From the NCBI GenBank assembly GCA_002269645.1, contig NIVC01000755.1, forward strand, positions 248,001 through 312,000: a stretch of DNA of 64,000 bases. The letters run 5' to 3'. The stretch's first letter is position 1. Every line of letters starts with the position of its first letter. Both the position numbers and the translations under genes were made by a program. This stretch comes from Macrostomum lignano (taxonomy: Eukaryota). This document shows, piece by piece, positions 12,279 through 24,639 of this stretch. Under the pieces are notes generated by a model, which worked only from the letters and a program-made list of their open reading frames with translations, was not told the origin of the DNA and made no database searches.

Positions 12279-12760
12279 CCTCCGCATTCCTGCTCGTGTC
12301 GCTCACTGACTTCTCAAGCGTGGACTGTCTGCTCTACCTGGTGGCTCCGGACCAGCGCGCCAGCGACGACTGGCTGGAGCGGCTGGTCTCCGCCAGAGCC
12401 GCCGTGCAGGCTCAGTCGCTCCAGCCGGCGGCGGCGGCGGCCTACAGTCGGCACTCGCTGCCGCCCCAAGCCGACGCGCCGCGACAGCATCTGCCAGCTG
12501 AGCCCCCGCAGCAGCACCAGCAGCTCCAGCGAGTGCTGCAGTACACGCACAGCAGCAGTGACATCGACGCGCTGGGACACGGAGTCAGCGGTCTCGGCGC
12601 CGGCGGGTCGGGTGTCGATGCCGGCGCCGGCGCGGTAGTCGGAAGCGGCCGACACCCGGCTTCGCTGAGCATGAGCCGGCACCAGACGGATCACGATGTG
12701 TACACGGCCCGATCCTCGACTCCGCCAATGATGCTGCACCAGCGGCTGCGGCCGGCTTGA
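12279..12760 (+). CDS. PLEKHG5: PLEKHG5-like last exon, end of PH domain plus low-complexity tail
   Basis: cccgcag acceptor in phase 1 (T+CC=Ser); SAFLLVSLTDF...W..RL matches GSFLLIYLNEF...W; TGA at 12758-12760. Confidence 0.82.
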
Positions 12761-13139
12761 CGATCAGGGCCAGGTGCCCTTGGAGAAACGTTTAGATTGA
12801 TCTGGCCAATTAGAGAGCACTAGTTTTTTCAGCCAATGAGAGATGAGCACATGAGCTTGATCTGGCCAATCAGAAAGCAGGAGAGCTTTTCAGCCAATGA
12901 GAAATAAGCAGATTAACTGAGCTCGTAAATTCGTGAAATTTTATGCCAGAGCTGTGTCATATGTGTCATAATTGGCATTATTTTTGTTCCTCTCATTCAC
13001 ACAGACGCGCACAGTGAATGCTTTGAAAACTGTAAATTTTTGCTCTGTTTTTTCAAATCTATCAGTGTGGTTCGGTAACAGTACAGGTAACTAAACTGTA
13101 CATACTCGTAACATTTATCATAACCAAGTGATCGAAAAT

Positions 13140-13145
13140 AATAAA
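13140..13145 (+). terminator. Candidate polyadenylation signal AATAAA for the RhoGEF gene
   Basis: AATAAA about 380 nt after the stop codon; not verified by transcript data. Confidence 0.3.
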
Positions 13146-13368
13146 AAGTACGCAATGTACGGGATTTCACTGAATTCATTCGCTACTCAGTCAAGCACTT
13201 TGACGAAAATTGATCAAAACATGGACACCCTTCTTTCAATGATACTAATTAATGAAAAAAATGGAGTTGATTAAGGATATTTTTAGAAATGTTAGCTGAA
13301 GGAGCATGAGATGAACACGCTGGAGCAATCCCAAGGTCTCACGGACTTGAAGGTCCCTCATAGCCACG

Positions 13369-13838
13369 CCAAGGGGCGCCAGCACCAAGGGGCGCCAGCA
13401 CCAAGGGGCGCCAGCACCAAGGGGCGCCAGCACCAAGGGGCGCCAGCACCAAGGGGCGCCAGCACCAAGGGGCGCCAGCACCAAGGGGCGCCAGCACCAA
13501 GGGGCGCCAGCACCAAGGGGCGCCAGCACCAAGGGGCGCCAGCACCAAGGGGCGCCAGCACCAAGGGGCGCCAGCACCAAGGGGCGCCAGCACCAAGGGG
13601 CGCCAGCACCAAGGGGCGCCAGCACCAAGGGGCGCCAGCACCAAGGGGCGCCAGCACCAAGGGGCGCCAGCACCAAGGGGCGCCAGCACCAAGGGGCGCC
13701 AGCACCAAGGGGCGCCAGCACCAAGGGGCGCCAGCACCAAGGGGCGCCAGCACCAAGGGGCGCCAGCACCAAGGGGCGCCAGCACCAAGGGGCGCCAGCA
13801 CCAAGGGGCGCCAGCACCAAGGGGCGCCAGCACCAAGG
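13369..13838. repeat. Perfect 16-nt minisatellite (ccaaggggcgccagca), about 29 copies
   Basis: direct reading. Confidence 0.98.
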
Positions 13839-14281
13839 CACATTGAGCTTGGACAAGCTTGGAACACGGAGCACAGCTAAAGTTAAACGTCAGACTCGCA
13901 AAGCGGCTCAGGCAGTTTTTACAACCTGAGGAAAGATTTTAGCGATCTCATGAATTATTAATTATCTGGAATCGCTGCACTGCCGCAGTAGTCCAACTTT
14001 CAATCATAATTTTTGTCTTTTTTCTCAGAGAAGAAGAGGGGCAGGACAGACGGTAGGCAGGAATCGCAGCCGAGTTCGGCCCATTCGAATTGCCCTCATT
14101 AGCATTCGGGGACCAATCCGAGATTCTCAAACCCAATTAGAAGGAAATTTCCATGGCCCCTGGCGGCACGGTCCCCGCGGCCACACAGTGCAGCCTGGCA
14201 GTGGAAATTCCCGATGAACGCCTTGGAGCTCAACTTGCCACACGTTTTCTTCAGGTCATGCGCTGCTAAAGTGCGCGGCTC

Positions 14282-14686
14282 CAATACCCTCCCTGACGGT
14301 CAGAATGAGCTGCAGTGTCCTACAAATACCCTCCGCGACGGGGTCAGATGAGCTGCAGTGTCCTACAAACACCCTCCCTGACGGTCAAAATGAGCTGCAG
14401 TGTCCTACAAACACCCTCCCTGACGGGGTCAGAATGAGCTGCAGTGTCCTACAAACACCCTCCCTGACGGTCAGAATGAGCTGCAGTGTCCTACAAACAC
14501 CCTCCCTGACGGGGTCAGAATGAGCTGCAGTGTCCTACAAACACCCTCCCTGACGGTCAGAATGAGCTGCAGTGTCCTACAAACACCCTCCCTGACGGGG
14601 TCAGAATGAGCTGCAGTGTCCTACAAACACCCTCCCTGACGGGGTCAGAATGAGCTGCAGTGTCCTACAAACACCCTCCCTGACGG
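14282..14686. repeat. 42/44-nt tandem repeat (tgacgg[gg]tcagaatgagctgcagtgtcctacaaacaccctccc), about 9 copies
   Basis: direct reading; no spacers. Confidence 0.96.
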
Positions 14687-15628
14687 CTGAACAAAAAAGT
14701 CACCAAAATCGCTCACAAAACTCCAGCAGGCTGAAGTCGCTTTCAGTTATTCAGTAAAGGTGCTCAAAGCCGGCCAATACTATATGGATAGTATTCAATA
14801 ATTAGGCTACATAATAATTTATATATATGAAATATTTAATCAGTCAGACAAGCCCTGTTGGTTAACAGTGAGTATAAGCATATCTATATATAAATATAGC
14901 CAGTCAGGCGACAGGGGTAACACAGAAGACAACGAAAACATAAATATAAATATTCATTCATGTGAATAGCGCCAGCACACAGCTGACGGGCAGGGGTGGC
15001 TGCAAGCGGAGGCACTGAGGCTACTAGCGCTAGAAGCGGAAGCAGAGCAGTTGGGAGTCCGAGCTTGCATTGCGAGGGCAGTGATGAGGTAGTACGGAGA
15101 CACAGCATTAAAACAATGCTAACAGAATACTCCAGCTGCTTTGTTGGTCAGCAAATCTGAAAGCCCGGGCCAGCAGCTGGCGAGCAAAAGAAGATGCACA
15201 GTAATAAAAGCAGCAATTAAAAAAGCACTGCGTGTGCCAGCAAACCTCGAGAGGCGTGAGAATGCGATGCGCGGTGGACCTTGAAGGAGGCTGGGAGATT
15301 TTTGGAGCAGCAAGCTGTGCCTGACTAGAGAGAGGGAAGCGAAGCCGGGAGCAGAGAAAACACAATTGCAACTTCCTAACAAAATCTGCGAGTTGCAAGA
15401 CTGGAGGTGTAGAAAAAATCCAGGCTTAGAGATTGCGATTCACACGGTGGGCCAACGTGATAAAAATAAATTGCATAAACTACACGGCATTGCAGCATGC
15501 ACAGGTGCAGGCAGACTCCTGTGTCCGCCTGTGTCCGGGATAAAATATCCAAAAGAATAAGAAAAAAACAAATGGGTGGAGCACCACAATTGCAGCTGTT
15601 CTGATTTTATCGATTGCACTGCGACTGC

Positions 15629-18600
15629 GGCTGTTTAGGGCGATTCTGTGGGCTGTTTAGGGCAATTCTCTGGGCTGTTTAGGGCAATTCTCTGGGCTGT
15701 TTAGGGCAATTCTCTGGGGCTGTTTAGGGCAATTCTCTGGGGCTGTTTAGGGCAATTCTCTGGGGCTGTTAAGGGCAATTCTCTGGGGCTGTTTAGGGCA
15801 ATTCTCTGGGCTGTTTAGGGCAATTCACTGGGGCTGTTTAGGGCAATTCTCTGGGGCTGTTTAGGGCAATTCTCTGGGCTGTTTAGGGCAATTCTCTGGG
15901 GCTGTTTAGGGCAATTCTCTTGGCTGTTTAGGGCAATTCTCTCGGGCTGTTAAGGGCAATTCTCTGGGGCTGTTTAGGGCGATTCTCTGGTGCTGTTTAG
16001 GGCGATTCTCTGGGCTGTTTAGGGCAATTCTCTGGGGCTGTTAAGGGCAATTCTCTGGGGCTGTTTAGGGCAATTCTCTGGGGCTGTTTAGGGCGATTCT
16101 CTGGGCTGTTTAGGGCAATTCCCTGGGCTGTTTAGGGCGATTCTGTGGGCTGTTTAGGGCGATTCTCTGGGCTGTTTAGGGCGATTCTCTGGGGCTGTTT
16201 AGGGCAATTCTCTGGGCTGTTTAGGGCAATTCTCTGGGCTGTTTAGGGCGATTCTCTGGGGCTGTTTAGGGCGATTCTCTGCGCTGTTTAGGGCAATTCC
16301 CTGGGCTGTTTAGGGCGATTCTGTGGGCTGTTTAGGGCGATTCTCTGGGGCTGTTTAGGGCAATTCTCTGGGGCTGTTTAGGGCGATTCTCTGGGCTGTT
16401 TAGGGCAATTCTCTGGGGCTGTTAAGGGCAATTCTCTGGGGCTGTTTAGCGCGATTCTCTGGGGCTGTTTAGGGCGATTCTCTGGACTGTTTAGGGCAAT
16501 TCCCTGGGCTATTTAGGGCGATTCTGTGGGCTGTTTAGGGCGATTCTCTGGGCTGTCTAGGGCGATTCTCTGGGGCTGTTTAGGGCAATTCTCTGGGGCT
16601 GTTTAGGGCAATTCTCTGGGGCTGTTTAGGGCGATTCTCTGGGCTGTTTAGGGCGATTCTGTGGGCTGTTTAGGGCGATTCTCTGGGCTGTTTAGGGCGA
16701 TTCTCTGGGGCTGTTTAGGGCAATTCTCTGGGCTGTTTAGGGCAATTCTCTGGGCTGTTTAGGGCGATTCTCTGGGGCTGTTTAGGGCGATTCTCTGGGC
16801 TGTTTAGGGCAATTCCCTGGGCTGTTTAGGGCGATTCTGTGGGCTGTTTAGGGCGATTCTCTGGGGCTGTTTAGGGCAATTCTCTGGGGCTGTTTAGGGC
16901 GATTCTCTGGGCTGTTTAGGGCAATTCTCTGGGGCTGTTAAGGGCAATTCTCTGGGGCTGTTTAGGGCAATTCTCTGGGGCTGTTTAGGGCGATTCTCTG
17001 GACTGTTTAGGGCAATTCCCTGGGCTGTTTAGGGCGATTCTGTGGGCTGTTTAGGGCAATTCTCTGGGGCTGTTTAGGGCAATTCTCTGGGGCTGTTTAG
17101 GGCGATTCTCTAGGGCTGTTTAGCGCGATTCTCTGGGCTGTTTAGCGCGATTCTCTGGGGCTGTTTAGGGCAATTCTCTGGGGCTGTTTAGGGCAATTCT
17201 CTGGGGCTGTTTAGGGCAATTCTCTGGGGCTGTTTAGGGCAATTCTCTGGGGCTGTTTAGGGCGATTCTCTGGGGCTGTTTAGGGCAATTCTCTGGCGCT
17301 GTTTAGGGCAATTCTCTGGGGCTGTTTAGGGCAATTCTCTGGGGCTGTTTAGGGCAATTCTCTGGGGCTGTTTAGCGCGATTCTCTGGGGCTGTTTAGGG
17401 CGATTCTGTGGGGCTGTTTAGCGCGATTCTCTGGGGCTGTTTAGCGCGATTCTCTGGGGCTGTTTAGGGCGATTCTCTGGGGCTGTTTAGTGCGATTCTG
17501 TGGGGCTGTTTAGCGCGATTCTCTGGGGCTGTTTAGGGCAATTCTCTGGGGCTGTTTAGGGCGATTCTGTGGGGCTGTTTAGGGCGATTCTCTGGGGCTG
17601 TTTAGCGCGATTCTCTGGGGCTGTTTAGGGCGATTCTGTGGGGCTGTTTAGCGCGATTCTCTGGGGCTGTTTAGGGCAATTCTCTGGGGCTGTTTAGGGC
17701 AATTCTCTGGGGCTGTTTAGGGCAATTCTCTGGGCTGTTTAGGGCGATTCTCTGGGGCTGTTTAGGGCAATTCTCTGGGGCTGTTTAGGGCAATTCTCTG
17801 GGGCTGTTTAGGGCGATTCTCTGGGGCTGTTTAGCGCGATTCTCTGGGGCTGTTTAGGGCAATTCTCTGGGGCTGTTTAGGGCAATTCTCTGGGCTGTTT
17901 AGGGCAATTCTCTGCGGCTGTTTAGCGCGATTCTCTGGGGCTGTTTAGGGCGATTCTGTGGGGCTGTTTAGCGCGATTCTCTGGGGCTGTTTAGGGCGAT
18001 TCTCTGGGGCTGTTTAGGGCAATTCTCTGGGGCTGTTTAGGGCAATTCTCTGGGCTGTTTAGGGCGATTCTCTGGGGCTGTTTAGGGCAATTCTCTGGGG
18101 CTGTTTAGGGCAATTCTCTGGGGCTGTTTAGGGCGATTCTGTGGGGCTGTTTAGGGCGATTCTGTGGGGCTGTTTAGGGCGATTCTCTGGGGCTGTTTAG
18201 GGCGATTCTCTGGGGCTGTTTAGGGCAATTCTCTGGGGCTGTTTAGCGCGATTCTCTGGGGCTGTTTAGCGCGATTCTGTGGAGCTGTTTAGCGCGATTC
18301 TCTGGGGCTGTTTAGGGCGATTCTGTGGGCTGTTTAGGGCAATTCTCTGGGGCTGTTTAGGGCGATTCTCTGGGGCTGTTTAGGGCAATTCTCTGGGGCT
18401 GTTTAGGGCGATTCTCTGGGGCTGTTTAGGGCAATTCTCTGGGGCTGTTTAGGGCGATTCTCTGGGGCTGTTTAGGGCAATTCTCTGGGGCTGTTTAGGG
18501 CGATTCTCTGGGGCTGTTTAGGGCGATTCTCTGGGCTGTTTAGGGCAATTCTCTGGGGCTGTTTAGCGCGATTCTCTGGGGCTGTTTAGGGCGATTCTGT

Positions 18601-21600
18601 GGGGCTGTTTAGCGCGATTCTCTGGGGCTGTTTAGCGCGATTCTCTGGGGCTGTTTAGGGCGATTCTCTGGGGCTGTTTAGTGCGATTCTGTGGGGCTGT
18701 TTAGCGCGATTCTCTGGGGCTGTTTAGGGCAATTCTCTGGGGCTGTTTAGGGCGATTCTGTGGGGCTGTTTAGGGCGATTCTCTGGGGCTGTTTAGGGCG
18801 ATTCTCTGGGGCTGTTTAGGGCGATTCTCTGGGGCTGTTTAGGGCAATTCTCTGGGGCTGTTTAGCGCGATTCTCTGGGGCTGTTTAGGGCGATTCTGTG
18901 GGGCTGTTTAGCGCGATTCTCTGGGGCTGTTTAGCGCGATTCTCTGGGGCTGTTTAGGGCGATTCTCTGGGGCTGTTTAGGGCAATTCTCTGGGGCTGTT
19001 TAGGGCGATTCTCTGGGGCTGTTTAGGGCAATTCTCTGGGGCTGTTTAGGGCGATTGTCTGGGGCTGTTTAGCGCGATTCTCTAGGGCTGTTTAGGGCGA
19101 TTCTGTGGGGCTGTTTAGCGCGATTCTCTGGGGCTGTTTAGCGCGATTCTCTGGGGCTGTTTAGGGCGATTCTCTGGGGCTGTTTAGTGCGATTCTGTGG
19201 GGCTGCTTAGCGCGATTCTCTGGGGCTGTTTAGGGCAATTCTCTGGGGCTGTTTAGGGCGATTCTGTGGGGCTGTTTAGGGCGATTCTCTGCGGCTGTTT
19301 AGGGCGATTCTCTGGGGCTGTTTAGGGCAATTCTCTGGGGCTGTTTAGCGCGATTCTCTGGGGCTGTTTAGGGCGATTCTGTGGGGCTGTTTAGGGCGAT
19401 TCTCTGGGGCTGTTTAGCGCGATTCTCTGGGGCTGTTTAGGGCGATTCTGTGGGGCTGTTTAGCGCGATTCTCTGGGGCTGTTTAGCGCGATTCTCTGGG
19501 GCTGTTTAGGGCGATTCTCTGGGGCTGTTTAGCGCGATTCACTGGGGCTGTTTAGGGCGATTCTCTGGGGCTGTTTAGCGCGATTCTCTGGGGCTGTTTA
19601 GCGCGATTCTCTGGGGCTGTTTAGGGCGATTCTGTGGGGCTGTTTAGCGCGATTCTCTGGGGCTGTTTAGGGCAATTCTCTGCGGCTGTTTAGGGCAATT
19701 CTCTGGGGCTGTTTAGGGCAATTCTCTGCGGCTGTTTAGCGCGATTCTCTGGGGCTGTTTAGGGCGATTCTGTGGGCTGTTTAGGGCAATTCTCTGGGGC
19801 TGTTTAGGGCAATTCTCTGGGGCTGTTTAGGGCAATTCTCTGGGGCTGTTAAGGGCAATTCTCTGGGGCTGTTTAGGGCAATTCTCTGGGGCTGTTTAGG
19901 GCGATTCTCTGGGCTGTTTAGGGCAATTCCCTGGGCTGTTTAGGGCGATTCTGTGGGCTGTTTAGGGCGATTCTCTGGGCTGTTTAGGGCGATTCTCTGG
20001 GGCTGTTTAGGGCGATTCTCTGGGGCTGTTTAGGGCAATTCTCTGGGCTGTTTAGCGCGATTCTCTGGGGCTGTTTAGGGCGATTCTCTGGGCTGTTTAG
20101 GGCAATTCCCTGGGCTGTTTAAGGCGATTCTGTGGGCTGTTTAGGGCGATTCTCTGGGGCTGTTTAGGGCAATTCTCTGGGGCTATTTAGGGCGATTCTC
20201 TGGGCTGTTTAGGGCAATTCTCTGGGGCTGTTAAGGGCAATTCTCTGGGGCTGTTTAGGGCAATTCTCTGGGGCTGTTTAGGGCGATTCTCTGGACTGTT
20301 TAGGGCAATTCCCTGGGCTGTTTAGGGCGATTCTGTGGGCTGTTTAGGGCGATTCTCTGGGCTGTTTAGGGCGATTCTCTGGGGCTGTTTAGGGCAATTC
20401 TCTGGGGCTGTTTAGGGCGATTCTCTGGGGCTGTTTAGGGCGATTCTCTGGGGCTGTTTAGGGCGATTCTCTGGGGCTGTTTAGGGCAATTCTCTGGGGC
20501 TGTTTAGCGCGATTCTCTGGGGCTGTTTAGGGCGATTCTGTGGGGCTGTTTAGCGCGATTCTCTGGGGCTGTTTAGGGCGATTCTGTGGGGCTGTTTAGG
20601 GCGATTCTCTGGGGCTGTTTAGCGCGATTCTCTGGGGCTGTTTAGGGCAATTCTCTGCGGCTGTTTAGCGCGATTCTCTGGGGCTGTTTAGGGCGATTCT
20701 CTGCGGCTGTTTAGGGCAATTCTCTGGGGCTGTTTAGGGCGATTCTGTGGGGCTGTTTAGGGCGATTCTCTGGGGCTGTTTAGGGCGATTCTGTGGGGCT
20801 GTTTGGCGCGATTCTCTGGGGCTGTTTAGGGCGATTCTCTGGGGCTGTTTAGGGCGATTCTCTGGGGCTGTTTAGGGCAATTCTCTGCGGCTGTTTAGCG
20901 CGATTCTCTGGGGCTGTTTAGGGCGATTCTGTGGGGCTGTTTAGCGCGATTCTCTGGGGCTGTTTAGCGCGATTCTCTGGGGCTGTTTAGGGCGATTCTG
21001 TGGGGCTGTTTAGGGCGATTCTGTGGGGCTGTTTAGCGCGATTCTCTGGGGCTGTTTAGGGCGATTCTGTGGGGCTGTTTAGCGCGATTCTCTGGGGCTG
21101 TTTAGCGCGATTCTCTGGGGCTGTTTAGGGCGATTCTCTGGGGCTGTTTAGCGCGATTCTCTGGGGCTGTTTAGGGCGATTCTGTGGGGCTGTTTAGCGC
21201 GATTCTCTGGGGCTGTTTAGCGCGATTCTCTGGGGCTGTTTAGGGCGATTCTGTGGGGCTGTTTAGCGCGATTCTCTGGGGCTGTTTAGGGCAATTCTCT
21301 GCGGCTGTTTAGGGCAATTCTCTGGGGCTGTTTAGGGCAATTCTCTGGGGCTGTTTAGGGCGATTCTCTGGGGCTGTTTAGGGCGATTCTGTGGGCTGTT
21401 TAGGGCAATTCTCTGGGGCTGTTTAGGGCAATTCTCTGGGGCTGTTTAGGGCAATTCTCTGGGGCTGTTAAGGGCAATTCTCTGGGGCTGTTTAGGGCAA
21501 TTCTCTGGGCTGTTTAGGGCGATTCTCTGGGCTGTTTAGGGCAATTCCCTGGGCTGTTTAGGGCGATTCTGTGGGCTGTTTAGGGCGATTCTCTGGGCTG

Positions 21601-23470
21601 TTTAGGGCGATTCTCTGGGGCTGTTTAGGGCAATTCTCTGGGGCTGTTTAGGGCAATTCTCTGGGCTGTTTAGGGCGATTCTCTGGGGCTGTTTAGGGCG
21701 ATTCTCTGGGCTGTTTAGGGCAATTCCCTGGGCTGTTTAGGGCGATTCTGTGGGCTGTTTAGGGCGATTCTCTGGGGCTGTTCAGGGCAATTCTCTGGGG
21801 CTGTTTAGGGCGATTCTCTGGGCTGTTTAGGGCAATTCTCTGGGGCTGTTAAGGGCAATTCTCTGGGGCTGTTTAGCGCGATTCTCTGGGGCTGTTTAGG
21901 GCGATTCTCTGGACTGTTTAGGGCAATTCCCTGGGCTGTTTAGGGCGATTCTGTGGGCTGTTTAGGGCGATTCTCTGGGCTGTTTAGGGCGATTCTCTGG
22001 GGCTGTTTAGGGCAAATTCTCTGGGGCTGTTTAGGGCAATTCTCTGGGGCTGTTTAGGGCGATTCTCTGGGGCTGTTTAGGGCGATTCTCTGGGGCTGTT
22101 TAGGGCAATTCCCTGGGCTGTTTAGGGCGATTCTGTGGGCTGTTTAGGGCGATTCTCTGGGCTGTTTAGGGCGATTCTCTGGGGCTGTTTAGGGCAATTC
22201 TCTGGGGCTGTTTAGCGCGATTCTCTGGGGCTGTTTAGGGCAATTCTCTGGGGCTGTTTAGGGCGATTCTCTGGGCTGTTTAGCGCGATTCTCTGGGGCT
22301 GTTTAGGGCAATTCTCTGGGGCTGTTTAGGGCAATTCTCTGGGGCTGTTTAGGGCGATTCTCTGGGGCTGTTTAGCGCGATTCTCTGGGGCTGTTTAGGG
22401 CAATTCTCTGGGGCTGTTTAGCGCGATTCTCTGGGGCTGTTTAGGGCAATTCTCTGGGGCTGTTTAGGGCAATTCTCTGGGGCTGTTTAGGGCGATTCTC
22501 TGGGGCTGTTTAGGGCAATTCTCTGGGGCTGTTTAGGGCGATTCTCTAGAGCTGTTTAGCGCGATTCTCTGGGCTGTTTAGCGCGATTCTCTGGGGCTGT
22601 TTAGGGCAATTCTCTGGGGCTGTTTAGGGCAATTCTCTGGGGCTGTTTAGGGCAATTCTCTGGGGCTGTTTAGGGCAATTCTCTGGGGCTGTTTAGGGCG
22701 ATTCTCTGGGGCTGTTTAGGGCAATTCTCTGGCGCTGTTTAGGGCAATTCTCTGGGGCTGTTTAGGGCAATTCTCTGGGGCTGTTTAGGGCGATTCTCTG
22801 GGCTGTTTAGGGCAATTCTCTGGGGCTGTTAAGGGCGATTCTCTGGACTGTTTAGGGCAATTCTCTCGGCTGTTTAGGGCGATTCTGTGGGCTGTTTAGG
22901 GCAATTCTCTCGGCTGTTTAGGGCGATTCTGTGGGGCTGTTTAGGGCGATTCTCTGGGGCTGTTTAGCGCGATTCTCTGGGGCTGTTTAGGGCGATTCTC
23001 TGGGGCTGTTTAGGGCAATTCTCTGGGGCTGTTTAGGGCGATTCTCTGGGGCTGTTTAGAGCAATTCTCTGGGGCTGTTTAGGGCGATTCTCTGGGGCTG
23101 TTTAGGGCAATTCTCTGGGCTGTTTAGGGCAATTCTGTGGGCTGTTTAGGGCAATTCTGTGGGCTGTTTAGGGCAATTCCCTGGGCTGTTTAGGGCGATT
23201 CTCTGGGGGCTGTTTAGGGCGATTCTCTGGGGGCTGTTTAGGGCGATTCTCTGCGGCAGTTTAGGGCGATTCTCTGGGCTGTTTAGGGCGATTCTGTGGG
23301 GCTGTTTAGGGCGATTCTCTAGGGCTGTTTAGGGCGATTCTGTGGGGCTGTTTAGGGCGATTTTGTGGGGCTATTAAGGGCGATTCTCTGGGCCTGTTTA
23401 GGGCGATTCTCTGGGGGTGTTTAGGGCGATACCTTGGGCTGTTTAGGGCGATTCTCTGGGGGTGTTTATG
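15629..23470. repeat. 7.8-kb satellite of 23/24-nt units (g[g]ggctgtttagggcRattctct), roughly 330 copies
   Basis: direct reading; variant blocks recur, indicating higher-order structure. Confidence 0.98.
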
Positions 23471-23511
23471 AAGATTCTTTTGGGACGATTTTCTGGGTTG
23501 CTTAAAGTTAA

Positions 23512-23517
23512 TTTATT
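23512..23517 (-). terminator. Polyadenylation signal AATAAA for RICTOR
   Basis: tttatt on + about 50 nt past the shifted-frame stop, just before the large satellite. Confidence 0.55.
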
Positions 23518-23564
23518 TCAGTAATACTACTTCGAGGCGATTTCAAAAGTGCAAAGCCCGAGCC

Positions 23565-24533
23565 TCAGGAAAACAGGCGGCAGCAGGGGTCGCTGAAGAG
23601 GTCCTGCACGAAGGCCCGGTTGCGCCGGGTGTAGGGGAACCTGGCCAGCAGCAGGGAGACATCCGAGTACAGGCACAGGTCGAACAGGCGGGGCCAGCGG
23701 CGCGCAGCTGCACCAGGGCGTCCTCATTTTTTGCCAGATTCACCTGGCAGGTGAGCAGGCCGACCAGCCTGAGCACGTCGCGTCTAGCGGTGCCCGCCGG
23801 CGACGCGGCAGCAGCCGCCGTAGAATTGTCGGCATCGGGCGGCGGTTGCGGCGTCTGCGCAGTCCACCGGCGGGCGGATCGGTGCTGTCGAAGCCGGCAG
23901 CCGACGCAGGCCTCCTCGGCGTGGGCGGCCTCGCCAGGCGGAGATCCGCCGGCGTCGCTAGCGGCGGCCAGCAGGAGGAGCTCGCCGGGCTCCGGGCCGG
24001 CCAGCTGGGCGCGGGAGCCAACGCAGCTGGCGTAGCCGCTGGTCGGCGCCGAATCGTCCGGCGGCGGTGGCGCCTGCGAAGACGAAATCCGCTGCTGCCG
24101 CTGCTGCTTCTGGGAGGACGCGGATGTCGAGGCGGACGCGGCAGACGCTGAGGCGGCGACGCTGGTCGCAGCGGCAAACGCGGAGCTGCAGTGCCGGTGC
24201 AAGGTGAGCGCGTGCGGGTCGCGCGGCAGCGCCAGGCCGGCCGGTGTTGGTGGCGGCGCTCGGCGCGGCGGAATCGATGATGCGCCAGCGGCAGCCGCGG
24301 CGGCTTCCTCAGCGAAGACCGGCTGCTGGCCGATGGCGGCCAGGGAGGCGGAGGTGACGGTGACGTTGGCGCCGAGCTGGCGCACCCGGCTGAGCAGGCT
24401 GGCGGCCGAGGTGCCGGTCCAGGTCCGCCTGGCGTCCGGCAGCACCAGCATCCGGGTCAGGACGTCCTCGCTTTCGCTCGAGCTGCGACCTTTGCGGCGT
24501 CTGCGGCGGGACGGGAACGACAATTGCTCTGGT
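23565..24533 (-). CDS. RICTOR: RICTOR last exon (disordered region plus C-terminal domain), with an apparent 1-nt deletion at about 23699-23701
   Basis: gcccag phase-2 acceptor at 24534-24535; RRDVLRLV...NEDALVQLR in one frame, then RWPRLFDLCLYSDVSLLLARF..TRRNRAFVQDLFSD in a shifted frame, matching YPQTFDDICLYSEVS.LL...RRFIQELFQD; TGA at 23567-23565. Confidence 0.88.
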
Positions 24534-24639
24534 CTGGGCGTGCATTTGATAATAGAATTAACAGTGCCTGAAGGGCTTGAACAGGTGCAGTGTGTGGGCG
24601 ATATGGGCGAATAGATCGGATGAATGTGTCTGGGGGCGG

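Noticed and set aside
14282-14686. CRISPR-like appearance of the 42/44-nt and 74-nt (5046-6011) repeats
   Set aside because: No unique spacers, no cas genes, eukaryotic context
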